A DNA stretch of 64,000 bases from Scyliorhinus canicula (Eukaryota): assembly GCF_902713615.1 (NCBI RefSeq), contig NC_052163.1, forward strand, positions 110,735,093-110,799,092, written 5' to 3'. The notes under the pieces were generated by a model. That model saw nothing but the letters and a program-made list of their open reading frames with translations, had not been told where the DNA came from and made no database searches. The first letter of the stretch is position 1. Every line of letters begins with the position of its first letter. The translations under genes and the position numbers were made by a program. Positions 11,443 through 22,204 of the stretch are shown here, in pieces.

Positions 11443-11524
11443 CTTCCTCTGAGTGACAGAGATCTGCAGATGAGAGCAGGATGGCTGAGACAGCGAGAAC
11501 GTTCAATGTTCGAGTCAGGTCCAT
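11443..11524 (-). CDS. F2RL3: PAR4-like gene A, exon 1 (signal peptide MDLTRTLNVLAVSAILLSSADLCHSEE)
   Basis: ATG in gcaacgATGG context, 27 codons + 1 nt, hydrophobic core, and donor AAG|gtaaga in phase 1 matching exon 2. PAR genes are typically two-exon. Confidence 0.85.
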
Positions 11525-11654
11525 CGTTGCAGAACAAACACAGCTTGTCCTCGGAACATCAGCTGCCTCTGGATTGACTGTTCGGAGCGTCTTTGCTGTC
11601 GTCTCTCCCCTTTTATTTGGGGAGAGATTCTGGGAGGCCTGTCACACTCAGATT

Positions 11655-11760
11655 AGGAGCTTGCGTCACGTTCAGGCACTCATACTGCCCTTTATCAAAA
11701 GGCTCACAGGAACCTCAGGAACCCGCAGTTCCTGCATTGTCCCAATCAGCGATTAGAAGA
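11655..11760 (-). promoter_or_regulatory. Putative proximal promoter of gene A
   Basis: Unique sequence upstream of the ATG with CRE half-site tgcgtca (11662), GATAA (minus, 11692-11696), three GGAA/ETS cores (11707-11734) and CCAAT (11742). Confidence 0.45.
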
Positions 11761-12049
11761 GGTGGGAAAAGTACCTCACAAAAGTCTTGTTTCTTACAGT
11801 TTAGTTTTAAAAATTAATTTACACTATTTTTACAAAAGCAGAAAGGTATTGGTTCAGGACCAAAAAATGAAATAAGCACAGCACCACATTAGCGGGTTAA
11901 ACTCGACCAGACTGGCCTTGCTTCAGAGGGGTTAGTGTTTATGAAGCAGTGAAACATCTGGGCTCCTCCAACAGGAGAACGCTGAGGGGAATCATTGAGA
12001 AGATCCTGTCCTGTATGTCTCAGTACTGGTGGTGTATTAACCATGGAAG

Positions 12050-12235
12050 GCCATGTTACTGGACGGGTAATTCAGAGGCTCAGACTAATGCTTTGAGGAT
12101 ACGGGTTCAAAGCCCAACACTTTAATTCAGTTAATAAAATATGGAATTAAAAGCGAGATTCAGAGAAGGTGACCATGAAACCATTGTCAGTTGTCACAAA
12201 AAGCCATGTGGTTCACTAAAGTCCTTGAGGGAAGA
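12050..12235 (+). mobile_element. tRNA-derived SINE fragment (family 3)
   Basis: B-box-like gggttcaaagccc, then ggtgaccatgaaac..gttcactaa..gaggga; same family as 15150-15285 and 15733-15950. Confidence 0.6.
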
Positions 12236-12312
12236 GTAAGTGTGACTGTGTGCAAACGTTGAGCGTGAGTGTGTGCAAGAGTGTGTAATGGGTAAGTGTG
12301 AGGGTGTGTATT

Positions 12313-13273
12313 ACATAGAACATAGAAAAATACAGCACAGAACAGGCCCTTCGGCCCACGATGTTGTGCCGAACCTTTGTCCTAGATTAAGAACAAATTA
12401 ATCTACACCCAATCATTCTACCGTAATCCATGTACCTATCCAATAGCCGCTTGAAGGTCCCTAATGTTTCCGAGTCAACTACTTCCACAGGCAGTGCATT
12501 CCATGCCCCCACTACATTCTGGTTAAAGAACCTACCTCTGACATCCCCCCCTATATCTTCCACCATTCACCTTAAACTTAAGTCCCCTTGTAATGGTTTG
12601 TTCCACCCGGGAAAAAGTCTCTGACTGTCTACTCTATCTATTCCCCTGATCATCACATAAACCTCTATCAAGGGACAGCACGGTAGCATGGTGGTTAGCA
12701 TAAATGCTTCACAGCTCCAGGGTCCCAGGTTCGATTCCCGGCTGGGTCACTGTCTGTGTGGAGTCTGCACGTCCTCCCCGTGTGTGCGTGGGTTTCCTCC
12801 GGGTGCTCCGGTTTCCTCCCACAGTCCAAAGATGTGCGGGTTAGGTGGATTGGCCATGATAAATTGCCTGTAGTGTCCTAAAAAGTAAGGTTAAGGGGGG
12901 GGGTTGTTGGGTTACGGGTATAGGGTGGATACGTGGGTTTGAGTAGAGTGATCATTGCTCGGCACAACATCGAGGGCCGAAGGGCCTGTTCTGTGCTGTA
13001 CTGTTCTATGTTCTATGTTCTAAGTCACATCACCCTTCATCCTTCTCCATTCTAATGAGAAAAGGCCTCCCACCCTCAACCTTTCCTCGTAAGACCTACT
13101 CTCCATTCCAGGCAACATCCTGGTAAATCAACTTTCCACCTTTTCAAAGCTTCCACATCCTTCCTAAAATGAGACGAGCAGAACTGCACACAGTACTCCA
13201 AATGTGGCCTGACCAAGGTTTTGTACAGCTGTATCATCACCACACAGCTTTTAAATTCAATCCCTCTGCCAAT
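12313..13273 (-). mobile_element. CR1 LINE 3' fragment carrying a nested SINE
   Basis: LYKTLVRPHLEYCVQF..HFRKDVEAL in ORF 13076-13555; tail acatagaacatagaa..cagcacagaacaggcccttcggccc. Confidence 0.9.
12672..13021 (+). mobile_element. Full-length HE1-like V-SINE with CR1-type tail
   Basis: A/B boxes, V-domain gggtttcctccgggtgctccggtttcctcccacagtccaaaga and (ttctatg)n tail. Confidence 0.92.
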
Positions 13274-13274
13274 A

Positions 13275-13605
13275 TGAGTGCGTGTGACGGGTAAGTGTGA
13301 AGTTGTGGAATAGGTAAGTGTGAGGGTATGTAATAGGTAAGTGTGAGAATGTGTTTTGTTCAGCATGAGAGTGTGTAATGGGTAAATATGCGAGTGTGTA
13401 ATAGGTAAGTGCGAGTTGTTTATTTGTTCAGTGTGAGTGCGTATAATGAGTAAGCATGAGATTGTGTTTGATAAGTGTGAGAGTGTGTAATTGTTTAGTG
13501 TGAGACTGTGCATTGCATAAGTGTGAGGCTGTGTAATGCATAAGTGTGAGGGCACACAATGGGTATAAGTGAGTTTATGTAATGGAAAAGTGTGAGGGTG
13601 TGCAA
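13275..13605. repeat. Degenerate short-period repeat (gtgtgtaatgggtaagtgtga); also present at 12240-12312
   Basis: The same motif lies on both sides of the CR1 insertion. Confidence 0.7.
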
Positions 13606-13610
13606 TAAAT

Positions 13611-14028
13611 ACACCGCTTCACTGTGACGCTGACAGTGAGGACACCGTTCCCAGACTGCTTCACTGTGACGTTGACAGCAAGGACACAGTTCCCAGACTG
13701 CTTCACTGTGATGCTGACAGTGAGGACACCGTTCCCAGTCTGCTTCACTGTGACGCTGACAGTGAGGACACCGTTCCCAGACTGCTTCACTGTGACGTTG
13801 ACAGCAAGGACACTGTTCCCAGACTGCTTCACTGTGACACTGACAGCAAGGACACCGTTCCCAGTCTGCTTCACTGTGACACTGACAGCAAGGACACCAT
13901 TCCCAGACTGCTTCACTGTAATGCTGACAGCAAGGACACCATTCCCAGACTGCTTCACTGTAATGCTGACAGCAAGGACACCGTTACCAGACTGCTTCAC
14001 TGTAAAGCGGACAGCGAGGACACCATTC
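13611..14028. repeat. 42-bp minisatellite (ccgttcccagactgcttcactgtgacgctgacagcaaggaca), about 10 copies
   Basis: Direct tandem copies with 14-aa periodic ORFs. Confidence 0.95.
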
Positions 14029-14054
14029 TAAATCCACTTCAGTGTGACATTGAT

Positions 14055-15095
14055 CAGGTCTTGCTGCATTTGGAATGGATTACTTCAGTGTCTGGGGAGT
14101 CGCGGGTGGTGCTGAACTTCTGTGAACATCCCCACTTCTGACCTTACGTTGGAAGGGAGGTCATTGATGAAGTAGCTGAAAATGGCTGGGCCTAGCACAC
14201 AATCCTTAGGAACACCCGCAGTGATATCTTGGAGCTGAAACGATTGACCTCCAACCATCTTCCTTTGTACCAAGTATGATTCCAACCAGCAGAAGGTATT
14301 CCCCCTGGTTCCCATTGCTAGGGCTCGTTGATGCCACACTCTGTCAAATGCTGCCTTGAAGTCAGTGTCAGTCACTCGCACCTCATTCAGCTCTTTTGTC
14401 CCAAGGCTATAATGAGCTAAGTGACCCTGGCCGAACCCAAACTGAGCATCAGTGAGCAAGTTATGGCTCAGCAAGTGCAAGATAACACCACTGATGTCCC
14501 ATTCCATCACTTTGCCAATGATCGAAGGTAGACTGATGGGGCGGTAATTGGCCGGGTTGACTTTGTCCTGCTTTTTGTGTATAGAACATAACTGGACAAT
14601 TTTCCACATTGGTGGATGGCAGTGTTGTCACTGTACTGCGGCAGTTTGGCTGGGCGTGTGGCAAGACCTGGAGCACAAGTCTTCAGTACTATTGCCAGAA
14701 TATTGTCAGGGCCCATAGCCTTTGCAGTATGCAGTGCCTTTAGCCATTCCTTGATATCATGTGGATTGAATCAAATTGCCTGAAGACTGACATCTGTGAT
14801 GCTGCGGACCTCCGGAGGACGAAATGGATCATCCACTCGGCACTTCTAGCTGAAGATTGTTGCAAATATTTCAGCTTGATCTTTTGCGCTGATGTGCTGG
14901 GCTCCTTCATTATTGAGGATGGGGATATTTGTGGAGCCTCCCCGTCCGTTGGGTTGTCTAATTGTTCACCACCATTCATGACTGGCTGAGGCAGGACTGC
15001 AGAGTTTAGGCCTGATCAGTTGGTTGTGGGATCACTTCGCCCTGTCTGTCACCTGCTGCTTACGATTCTTGGCACACAAGGAGCCCTGCCTACCT
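14055..15095 (-). mobile_element. Decayed CR1-type LINE reverse transcriptase fragment
   Basis: Frameshifted motifs GPDNI, NPANYRPISL, QFGF, FKAAFDRVWH and GVP..VLGP..F..FINDLP. Confidence 0.88.
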
Positions 15096-15149
15096 GATGA
15101 CAGGTAGTACGTCCAGTTCCATTCTTTATTGACTTTCTTGCAATCTGAT

Positions 15150-15285
15150 ATAACTCAGTGGCTTTCTGGGCCATTTCAGAGTGAAGTAAAGGGTCAACCC
15201 ATTCCTGTGAGTCTGGAGTCACATGTAGGCCAGACCGGGTAAAGACGGCAGATTTCCTTCCTAAAGGATATTGGTGAACAGAGTT
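15150..15285 (-). mobile_element. SINE family 3 fragment
   Basis: Reverse complement of the ggaaatctgccgtc..tggcctacatgtgactccagac segment seen at 15865-15915. Confidence 0.6.
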
Positions 15286-15732
15286 CTATTGCCAACTTAC
15301 CCTGATGTCGAGACAAGTAGTTGATATGAGGACACAGGCATGGACAAGATCTACTGAGGTACTTAAAACAAAACATTATAGACGGACGGGCCGGGGATAT
15401 GATTCGCATTGTTCCAGAGGTTTGGGGGAACCCAGTTTAACAGATCCAAGTGCAGTTTGTGGTAAAGTTACAGTGGAGACTGAGGGCCACTCCAAGGAGA
15501 TTCTTGGCACCATTGGTCATTGGATGGAAACAAACGGCCGACATTACCAGTGTGTATGGAGCAGAAAAGCCATTTGTGTTCTAACTGCAGATCATTCTGA
15601 TTCGGCTATGGATTCAAGTGTCCCTGTGCCCTGTAACTCTCCAATATGACCACCCTTCTGTGCCACCCAAACTGCGGACAGATAGCCAAACATAAGTCAC
15701 ACCCAACTGAATGAAAGACACTCACTTTTCGC

Positions 15733-15950
15733 TTGGTTTCAAATCCCATCACAGCTGGTGGGATTTAAATTCAACGCTTAAAGTCAGGAATTGAACAGTA
15801 GCCTCAGTGATGGTGACCATGTCAATTGTTGTAAAAACCATTTGGTTCACTAATGTCCCAACAGAAGGAAATCTGCCGTCCTTACCTGGAGAGGCCTAGA
15901 TCTGACTCCAGACTCATTCCTTGACTCTTAAGTGCCCTCTGAAATGGCCC
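15733..15950 (+). mobile_element. SINE family 3 fragment
   Basis: ggtttcaaatccc B-box, then ggtgaccatg, ggttcactaatgtcc and ggaaatctgccgtccttacctgg. Confidence 0.65.
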
Positions 15951-16209
15951 AGTGTTACGATGATGAGGCGTGTGCATGTGTGATCTTCGCTTTAATTCCA
16001 TTGGCTGGACAAATCTATGTTGAACTAGTTTAAAAGGATTTTTAAAAAGCAAGCACAGACACTGACTTAGGATGGCTGCCAGAAGTCACCTGATGTCTGG
16101 TATTACATGTTACCCGGTTTCTGGAAATTTCCAATACGGATTGCAATTGAGACAGGCCAAAGTCACCTCCTATGGAATTTCAAGAATTGCTTCTGGGAAA
16201 TATTGATCA

Positions 16210-16565
16210 TGCACGGTAGCATTGTGGATAGCACAATCGCTTCACAGCTCCAGGGTCCCAGGTTCGATTCTGGCTTGGGTCACTGTCTGTGCGGAGTCTG
16301 CACATCCTCCCCGTGTGTGCGTGGGTTTCCTCCGGGTGCTCCGGTTTCCTCCCACAGTCCAAAGATGTGCAGGTTAGGTGGATTGGCCATGATAAATTGC
16401 CCTTAGTGTCCAAAATTGCCCTTAGTGTTGGGTGGGGTTACTGGGTTATGGGGATAGGGTGGAGGTGTTAACCTTGGGTATGGTGCTCTTTCCAGGAGCC
16501 GGTGCAGATTCGATGGGCCGAATGGCCTCCTTCTGCACTGTAAATTCAATGTCTATGTCTATGCT
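16210..16565 (+). mobile_element. Full-length HE1-like V-SINE with CR1-type tail
   Basis: A/B boxes, V-domain and tail gggccgaatggcctccttctgcactgta..(tctatg)n. Confidence 0.9.
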
Positions 16566-16586
16566 CTGACCCTCACCATTTACAGT

Positions 16587-17001
16587 TGAAATGAAATGAA
16601 AATGAAATTCGCTTATTGTCACAAGTAGGCTTCAAATGAAGTTACTATGAAAAGCCCCAGTCGCCACATTCCGGCGCCTGTTCGGGGAGGCTGGTATGGG
16701 AATTGAACCGGGTGCTCCGGTTTCCTCCCACAGTCCAAAGATGTGCAGGTTAGGTGGATTGGCCATGATAAATTGCCCTTAGTGTCCAAAATTGCCCTTA
16801 GTGTTGGGTGGGGTTACTGGGTTATGGGGATTGGGTGGAGGTGTTAACCTTGGGTATGGTGCTCTTTCCAGGAGCCGGTGCAGACTCGATGGGCCGAATG
16901 GCCTCCTTCTGCACTGTAAATTCAATGTCTATGTCTATGCTGCTGTCCTGCCATGGTCTGCTTTAAAAGCCAGCTACTTAGCCCTGTGCTAAACCAGCCC
17001 C
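16587..17001 (-). mobile_element. tRNA-derived SINE family 2 ((tttca)n tail), split by a 234-bp V-SINE segment at 16708-16941
   Basis: Matches the uninterrupted copies at 19409-19572 and 58151-58343. Confidence 0.85.
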
Positions 17002-17599
17002 TTGACCCTACTTCCTCGGGTTATGGCAGAGGTTGGTACCATGACAGGCTTCTGACAGGCCAAAGAGCCTCTTCCTGTGCTGTGTTGTTTTTTGTTCATA
17101 AAGCTACCCTTCAAACAAAGACAGAATGTCTACTGGGACAATGGATGTATAGTTGTTCTTCCTACCTCATCAAGATGGAGGAGGGATCATTCAGGAGTTA
17201 ATGTCTGGGACAATAATGAAACTAATTATCAGACCATAACAATAACCAAGATCAGTCCAGACTCGAGCTAATCAATTAATTTCTGAAATCACTATGGGCC
17301 AAGAGGTCAAGTGACCAGAATAACCATTTTGAAATGTCTTTCAGTACAACCCACAATCTGAATTAGGAATAAATCTGCCAATGGAGCAATAACACCATCT
17401 CTCCCCCCTTCTCTCTTTCAAACTCAAGGTCCTATACCTGATCCATTTTTAGAAGCCACCACAGAGGTAGAGAAATTACATTGAAAAGAATCTCATGTGC
17501 AATTGCTTCAACTTTTAGAAAAGGCTTAAGAATAAAAATTGACAACCTCCAGAAATTGCTGTTTGCACCAGCCTCAACCCCAATGGCGTTTCGAGGCCG

Positions 17600-18880
17600 C
17601 CATGGAAAGGTTCTGGGTGCAATTTAATGACGGCGTGACCCGCACGCGGCAGTTAAATCATGGGCGAGGCCGAAATCGGGATCCGCACAGGCCGCAAATC
17701 GGTTTGCGATCTAACTGCCCCCCCTTCTCCGTTGGCGGGTTCTGGATCCGGCCCAAACGTGACGAGACTTCAGTTGACACTAATTAAAGACAATCTCCAT
17801 CTCATTAACTGGATGGAAGCCTCTCGGGAACTAATTGGCTCCCCAGCAACAGGTCACATGGGCGCCATTTACGCACCTATTTAAAAACGGGAAACTAACG
17901 CAATGGCTGCTGAAGGGATCAGAGGGGGCGAGTCGCCATTTTTATTTTGGGGGATGCACCCCGGGGCGCTGGAGCTGATTACCTGTGCTCTGCCGCTTTG
18001 TGTGTCCTCAGGACGTACCTCAGAGACGGAGACAGCCGCCTACTTTCCATGCCCTGTGGCCTTTGATGCCCTTGACAGGCGTTCCCTGGAGGGCCTGGAG
18101 CTGGAGAACCCCAGCCGACGTACCAGTATCACTGGCAGTGACATGCCACCCTGTTCTGCTCCCTGCCCCTGAGACATGCCGGTGTCAGGAGGGGGGGGGA
18201 TTCGGAAGAACTGGAGACCATCGCTGTCTCCTTAGTGGAAGGCACCGGGTTGGCCTCCAGCCCTCCCTCCACCCGGATGGTGGCTGTAGGGCCCTGGGGC
18301 CTCAATGGGATGGCGGGGTAGCTGGAGTTCTTTTAGATGGGCAGCATGGTCGGCGCAGGCTTGGAGGGCCCAAGGGCCTGTTCCTGTGCTGTACTGTGTT
18401 CTTTGTTCTTTTATCTAGCTCAGCCAGCCCTGTTGCCTGCACCATGGATGCTCCTCAGTGACTGGAACATGCTCCAGAGTGCCTCAGCAATGTCCACCTG
18501 CGTCTGGGACTGATCCCTCAGTGAGGGGACATGCTGTCGAGGCACCCAGCCATGGTTGACACAGACTGAGCCGTGCCTTGGACACCACCATTCAAGATGC
18601 TAACCTTGTGCTGCAGGCTTTCTACTGCGGTCCCCACTCTAGCGGTGAAGGCCTCAGTGCCACGGATTGCCGGCATCATCTCCTGGGTCCCTAGCCTTTG
18701 GGACTCCCCCAATCGGCTATGGTTTCCGGGAGTGTTGCTGACACCCCCTGCTGAATCTCAGGGCTGTGTCCGAGCATTTGCATTAGCTCTGGGGTAACCT
18801 TACCCAGAGGCTCGACACCTGTCTGGGACTCAGCTGAGTCCTGGGATCCAGCAGTCCTCCAACTGCTGACTCCCTTGGGT
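17600..18880 (-). mobile_element. Decayed GC-rich DNA transposon remnants (probably PIF/Harbinger), with a small CR1 tail at about 18335-18410
   Basis: CpG-rich subterminal-like sequence and coding-like remnants (ORF 18518-18712). Family assigned by resemblance to 22205-23860. Confidence 0.45.
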
Positions 18881-18889
18881 GTTGCTGCA

Positions 18890-19400
18890 ACATGATAGGG
18901 AGACATGAGAAATTGGGGTTCAGAAATGGGGCCCAAAAATGAAGCAGACAATTTAAAGGTTTAAACAGATTGAAGGCAAAGGCTGTTAGCCTGAATTCAA
19001 AAGGATACACCCAGACAGAACAAAAGCAAAAGTTTTCAAAAGAAAAGGTGATTGCTGATGCCCTGTCATCGGTGTGACATGGGAAAAGGCTACAACGGAC
19101 TATATTCATGTGATGTTTGCTTGTTTCAAAACAATATATTTTAAATAACATGTACCGTATAGGATGGTAACTGTATGTAATCGTAAGAAATATTTAGAAT
19201 GGAAAAGGGTTCAGAAAATGAAGCCATCTGTGTATATTGATGGTTCTTTTTTTAGGAAGGGAGGCATCACGATAGGAAGATATCAGAGATCTGGGTTCAG
19301 AAATGGGATCCAAAAATGGAGCAGACAATTTAACGGTTTAAACAGATTGAAGAAAAGTGCTGTTAGCCCAAACTCAAAGGGATACACCCATACGTGGCTG
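18890..19400 (+). mobile_element. Gypsy-type 3' end: LTR fragment, RNase H end, PPT and start of 3' LTR
   Basis: About 95-bp direct repeat (18917-19011 vs 19293-19390), KEKVIADALSSV* at about 19039-19077, and purine tract aggaagggagg at about 19255-19265. Confidence 0.6.
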
Positions 19401-19408
19401 ACTCACAT

Positions 19409-19572
19409 GAAAAATGAAAATTAAAATCGCTTTATTGTCACGAGTAGGCTTCAATGTCGCCACATTCCGGCGCCTGTCCGGGGAGGCTGGTACGGGAATC
19501 GAACCGTGCTGCTGGCCTGCTTAGTCTGCTTTAAAAGACAGCGATTTAGCCCAATGAGCTAAACCAGCCCCT
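19409..19572 (-). mobile_element. SINE family 2
   Basis: Minus strand reads ggggctggtttagctca..ggttcgattcccgtacc..gtgacaataaagcgattt. Confidence 0.85.
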
Positions 19573-20084
19573 ATATGCTCCCATTCAGATTTAAACTCCT
19601 TAGGGATGCATAATGTGATCACCAAAGGCCCATTGGACGCCATCTACCCAAATGGTTACAGAGTCACGCAGCACGCGTGCCGAGAAACGCCACGCTAGTG
19701 AACGGCCGTTCGGGTAGATTGGGGGCCTCAGTGAGGAATGCGTGGCCACGGCCACACTTAGTCCCATTCTCCGCACTGAGGAGCTCCACTCAACCCTCCC
19801 AACGCAACCCATGAACTCCCCCCTAACCCTAACCCTAACCCCCACCCCAATAAGCCCCAACTCACCGATTGGGGATCCACAGGACCCCAGGACCCCCAGG
19901 GTCCGATCTGCAGTGCAGGAAAAATGCCAGCCTGGCACCCTGGGAGTGCCACCAAGCTGGCACCAAGGTGGCACTGCTAGGATGCCAGGCTGGCACTGCC
20001 AAGGTGGCACCAGCAGCACCAGGGTTCTACCTGTCCAGAGTGTACAAGCACCTGTGGGCCTTCACTCCCCTGGGAGACCCATTG

Positions 20085-20417
20085 TTGGCACAATTGTTAG
20101 CACAATTGCTTCACAGCTCCAGGGTCCCAGGTTTGGGCCACTGTCTGTGCGGAGTCTGCACGTTCTCCCCGTGTGTGTGTGGGTTTCCTCCAGGTGCTCC
20201 GGTTTCCTCCCACAGTCCAAAGATGTGCAGGTTAGGTGGATTGGCCATGCTAAATTGCCCTTAGTGTCCAAAATTGCCCTTAGTGTTGGGTGGGGTTACT
20301 GGGTTATGGGGATAGGGTGGAGGTGTGGGCTTGGGTAGGGTGCTCTTTCCAAGGGCCGGTGCAGACTCGATGGGCTGAATGGCTTCCTTCTGCACTGGAA
20401 ATTCTATGATTCTATGT
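20085..20417 (+). mobile_element. HE1-like V-SINE inside a decayed GC-rich repeat (about 19600-20720)
   Basis: V-domain and CR1-type tail. Confidence 0.85.
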
Positions 20418-20759
20418 GTGTCGTTCCATCTGGTTCCTGTTTGTGGAGACTAGCACTGAACAGTACCTGGCAGAGGTCTCCAAGGTGAGGGAGTTAGATC
20501 CCAAGCCTTGGTTAGATCTCGGAAATGCATATTAGAGTGAAATTCGCTGTCTCACTCGAATATGCAGATTTGCCAAAGAGTGATCCCATCCACAATGGGC
20601 GGGATTCATATCACAATGTCTCGCGCGATTGCGTTACATCATGCGATGGATGGCGAGCCGGTTAGATTCCAGAGGAGGGATCACGTGGCATCTATTGGTC
20701 GCATTGCGCCGCGCTACATTTTGGCAGAACACGGCAGGTAGATCTTGCCCATTGTCTTT

Positions 20760-21460
20760 CGGATCATTCCTGTATGACCAGCCATTATCCCATTGACAGA
20801 GTCTAATGATCGATCAATGGAAGGCAGCTGCCTGCGAATGGCATAGCTCTGGTTTTTTGTGTTAATGGGAATGGGCTGCCAGCCAAATAATGAGAAAATA
20901 TCCACGTTTGATCACCTTGGGGGGAGAAGTTTCGTTTGGAAGGCTTGGCGGAGCTTAGAGAGAGAGAAATCCTATTGGGAAGAAAGGCAGAAGCAGATGT
21001 CCAACCAAGAAGACAGGTCAGGAAACCTGGAAGCAGAAAGCTGTGGCGAGCAGCCTGTTGGGTCATGAAGCCCGCTAGCTTAAAGATGTAAGCAGCCATG
21101 GAACAGGTCATGGAAACTTCCACACAGAAAGTAAGCTTTGGAAAAGGATTCTGAAAGAGATGTCCTGACAGAAGAAATAATGCTTCCTGAATGAAAGTTC
21201 TGTGTTTGCTTCAATGGGTAAGTGGAACGAGAGCTGTATTTTAATCCCAAATGTTGTTTATTGGGACCTCTTGTGTCAAAGTTAAGAAACTGCATATAAT
21301 CTGTGAATGTTAGAACTATGAAGTATAAAAGTTTAAATATTGTTTTCTTTTCTTTAGTTTCAATAAAGGTATGTTTATAAAATAAGCAAGCCCCATCTCT
21401 TATATTATCACTCCCGGGATGAATCTATCTTTTCTGCACAGTCTTAAAACTTAAAAAAAT
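20760..21460 (+). mobile_element. Probable LTR remainder (possibly continuing from 19266)
   Basis: LTR-like composition with aataaa at about 21362; boundaries uncertain. Confidence 0.35.
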
Positions 21461-21463
21461 ATC

Positions 21464-22201
21464 GGGCGCGATTCTCTGATCCTGAGGCTAAGTGTTGATG
21501 CGTCGTAAACGCCGTCGCTGTTCTCGACGGCGTCAACATGGCCTCAGGAGCTGTGATTCTGACCCCGACAGGGGGCCAGCACGGCGCTGGAGTGACCCAC
21601 GCCGCTCCAGCAGCCGATACCCGCCGTCAGATGGGCGCCGCGGGTCTGCGCATGCGCAGTGGGACCGGCGCCAATGCGTGCGTGCGCGGTGGGCCCCGTC
21701 TCTGCGCCGGCCCCGAGGCAACATAGTGTAGGGCTACAGGGGCCGGCGCAGAACAAAAGAGGCCCCCAGCCCGAGAGGCCGGCCCGCCGATTGGTGGGCC
21801 CCGATCGCGGGCCAGGCCACAGTGGAGGCCCCCTTGGGGTTGGACCCACCTACCGCCCCCCCCCCCCACTGCCCCCTCCCACCCCCACCCCAACCGGGCC
21901 GCCCCCGGTTGGATCCACGCCGAGTTCCCACCAGGTAAGAGCAGGTGTGAACGGTGCCGGCGGGACTCGGCTATTTTCGCGTGGCCGCTCGGCCCATCCC
22001 AGGCGGAGAATCGCCGGGGAGGGGGAGGGGATGCCACGCAGTGCGGCCCCCGACCGGCACCGCGCCGACCACGCTGGTGCCAACGGTGCCAATTCTCCGC
22101 TCTCCCCGGAGAATCGGCAGACCAGCGTCGGGGCGGCGTGGTGTGATTCACGCCCGTCCGGCGATTCTCCGGCCCAGTCCCGGGGTGAGAGAATCCCGCC
22201 C
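21464..22201. mobile_element. PIF/Harbinger-type MITE
   Basis: TIRs gggcgcgattctc / gagaatcccgccc and 3-bp TSD atc (21461-21463, 22202-22204). Confidence 0.85.
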
Positions 22202-22204
22202 ATC

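Noticed and set aside
12672-12745. tRNA genes at A/B-box motifs
   Set aside because: Each continues into SINE body and tail; no complete cloverleaf was evident.
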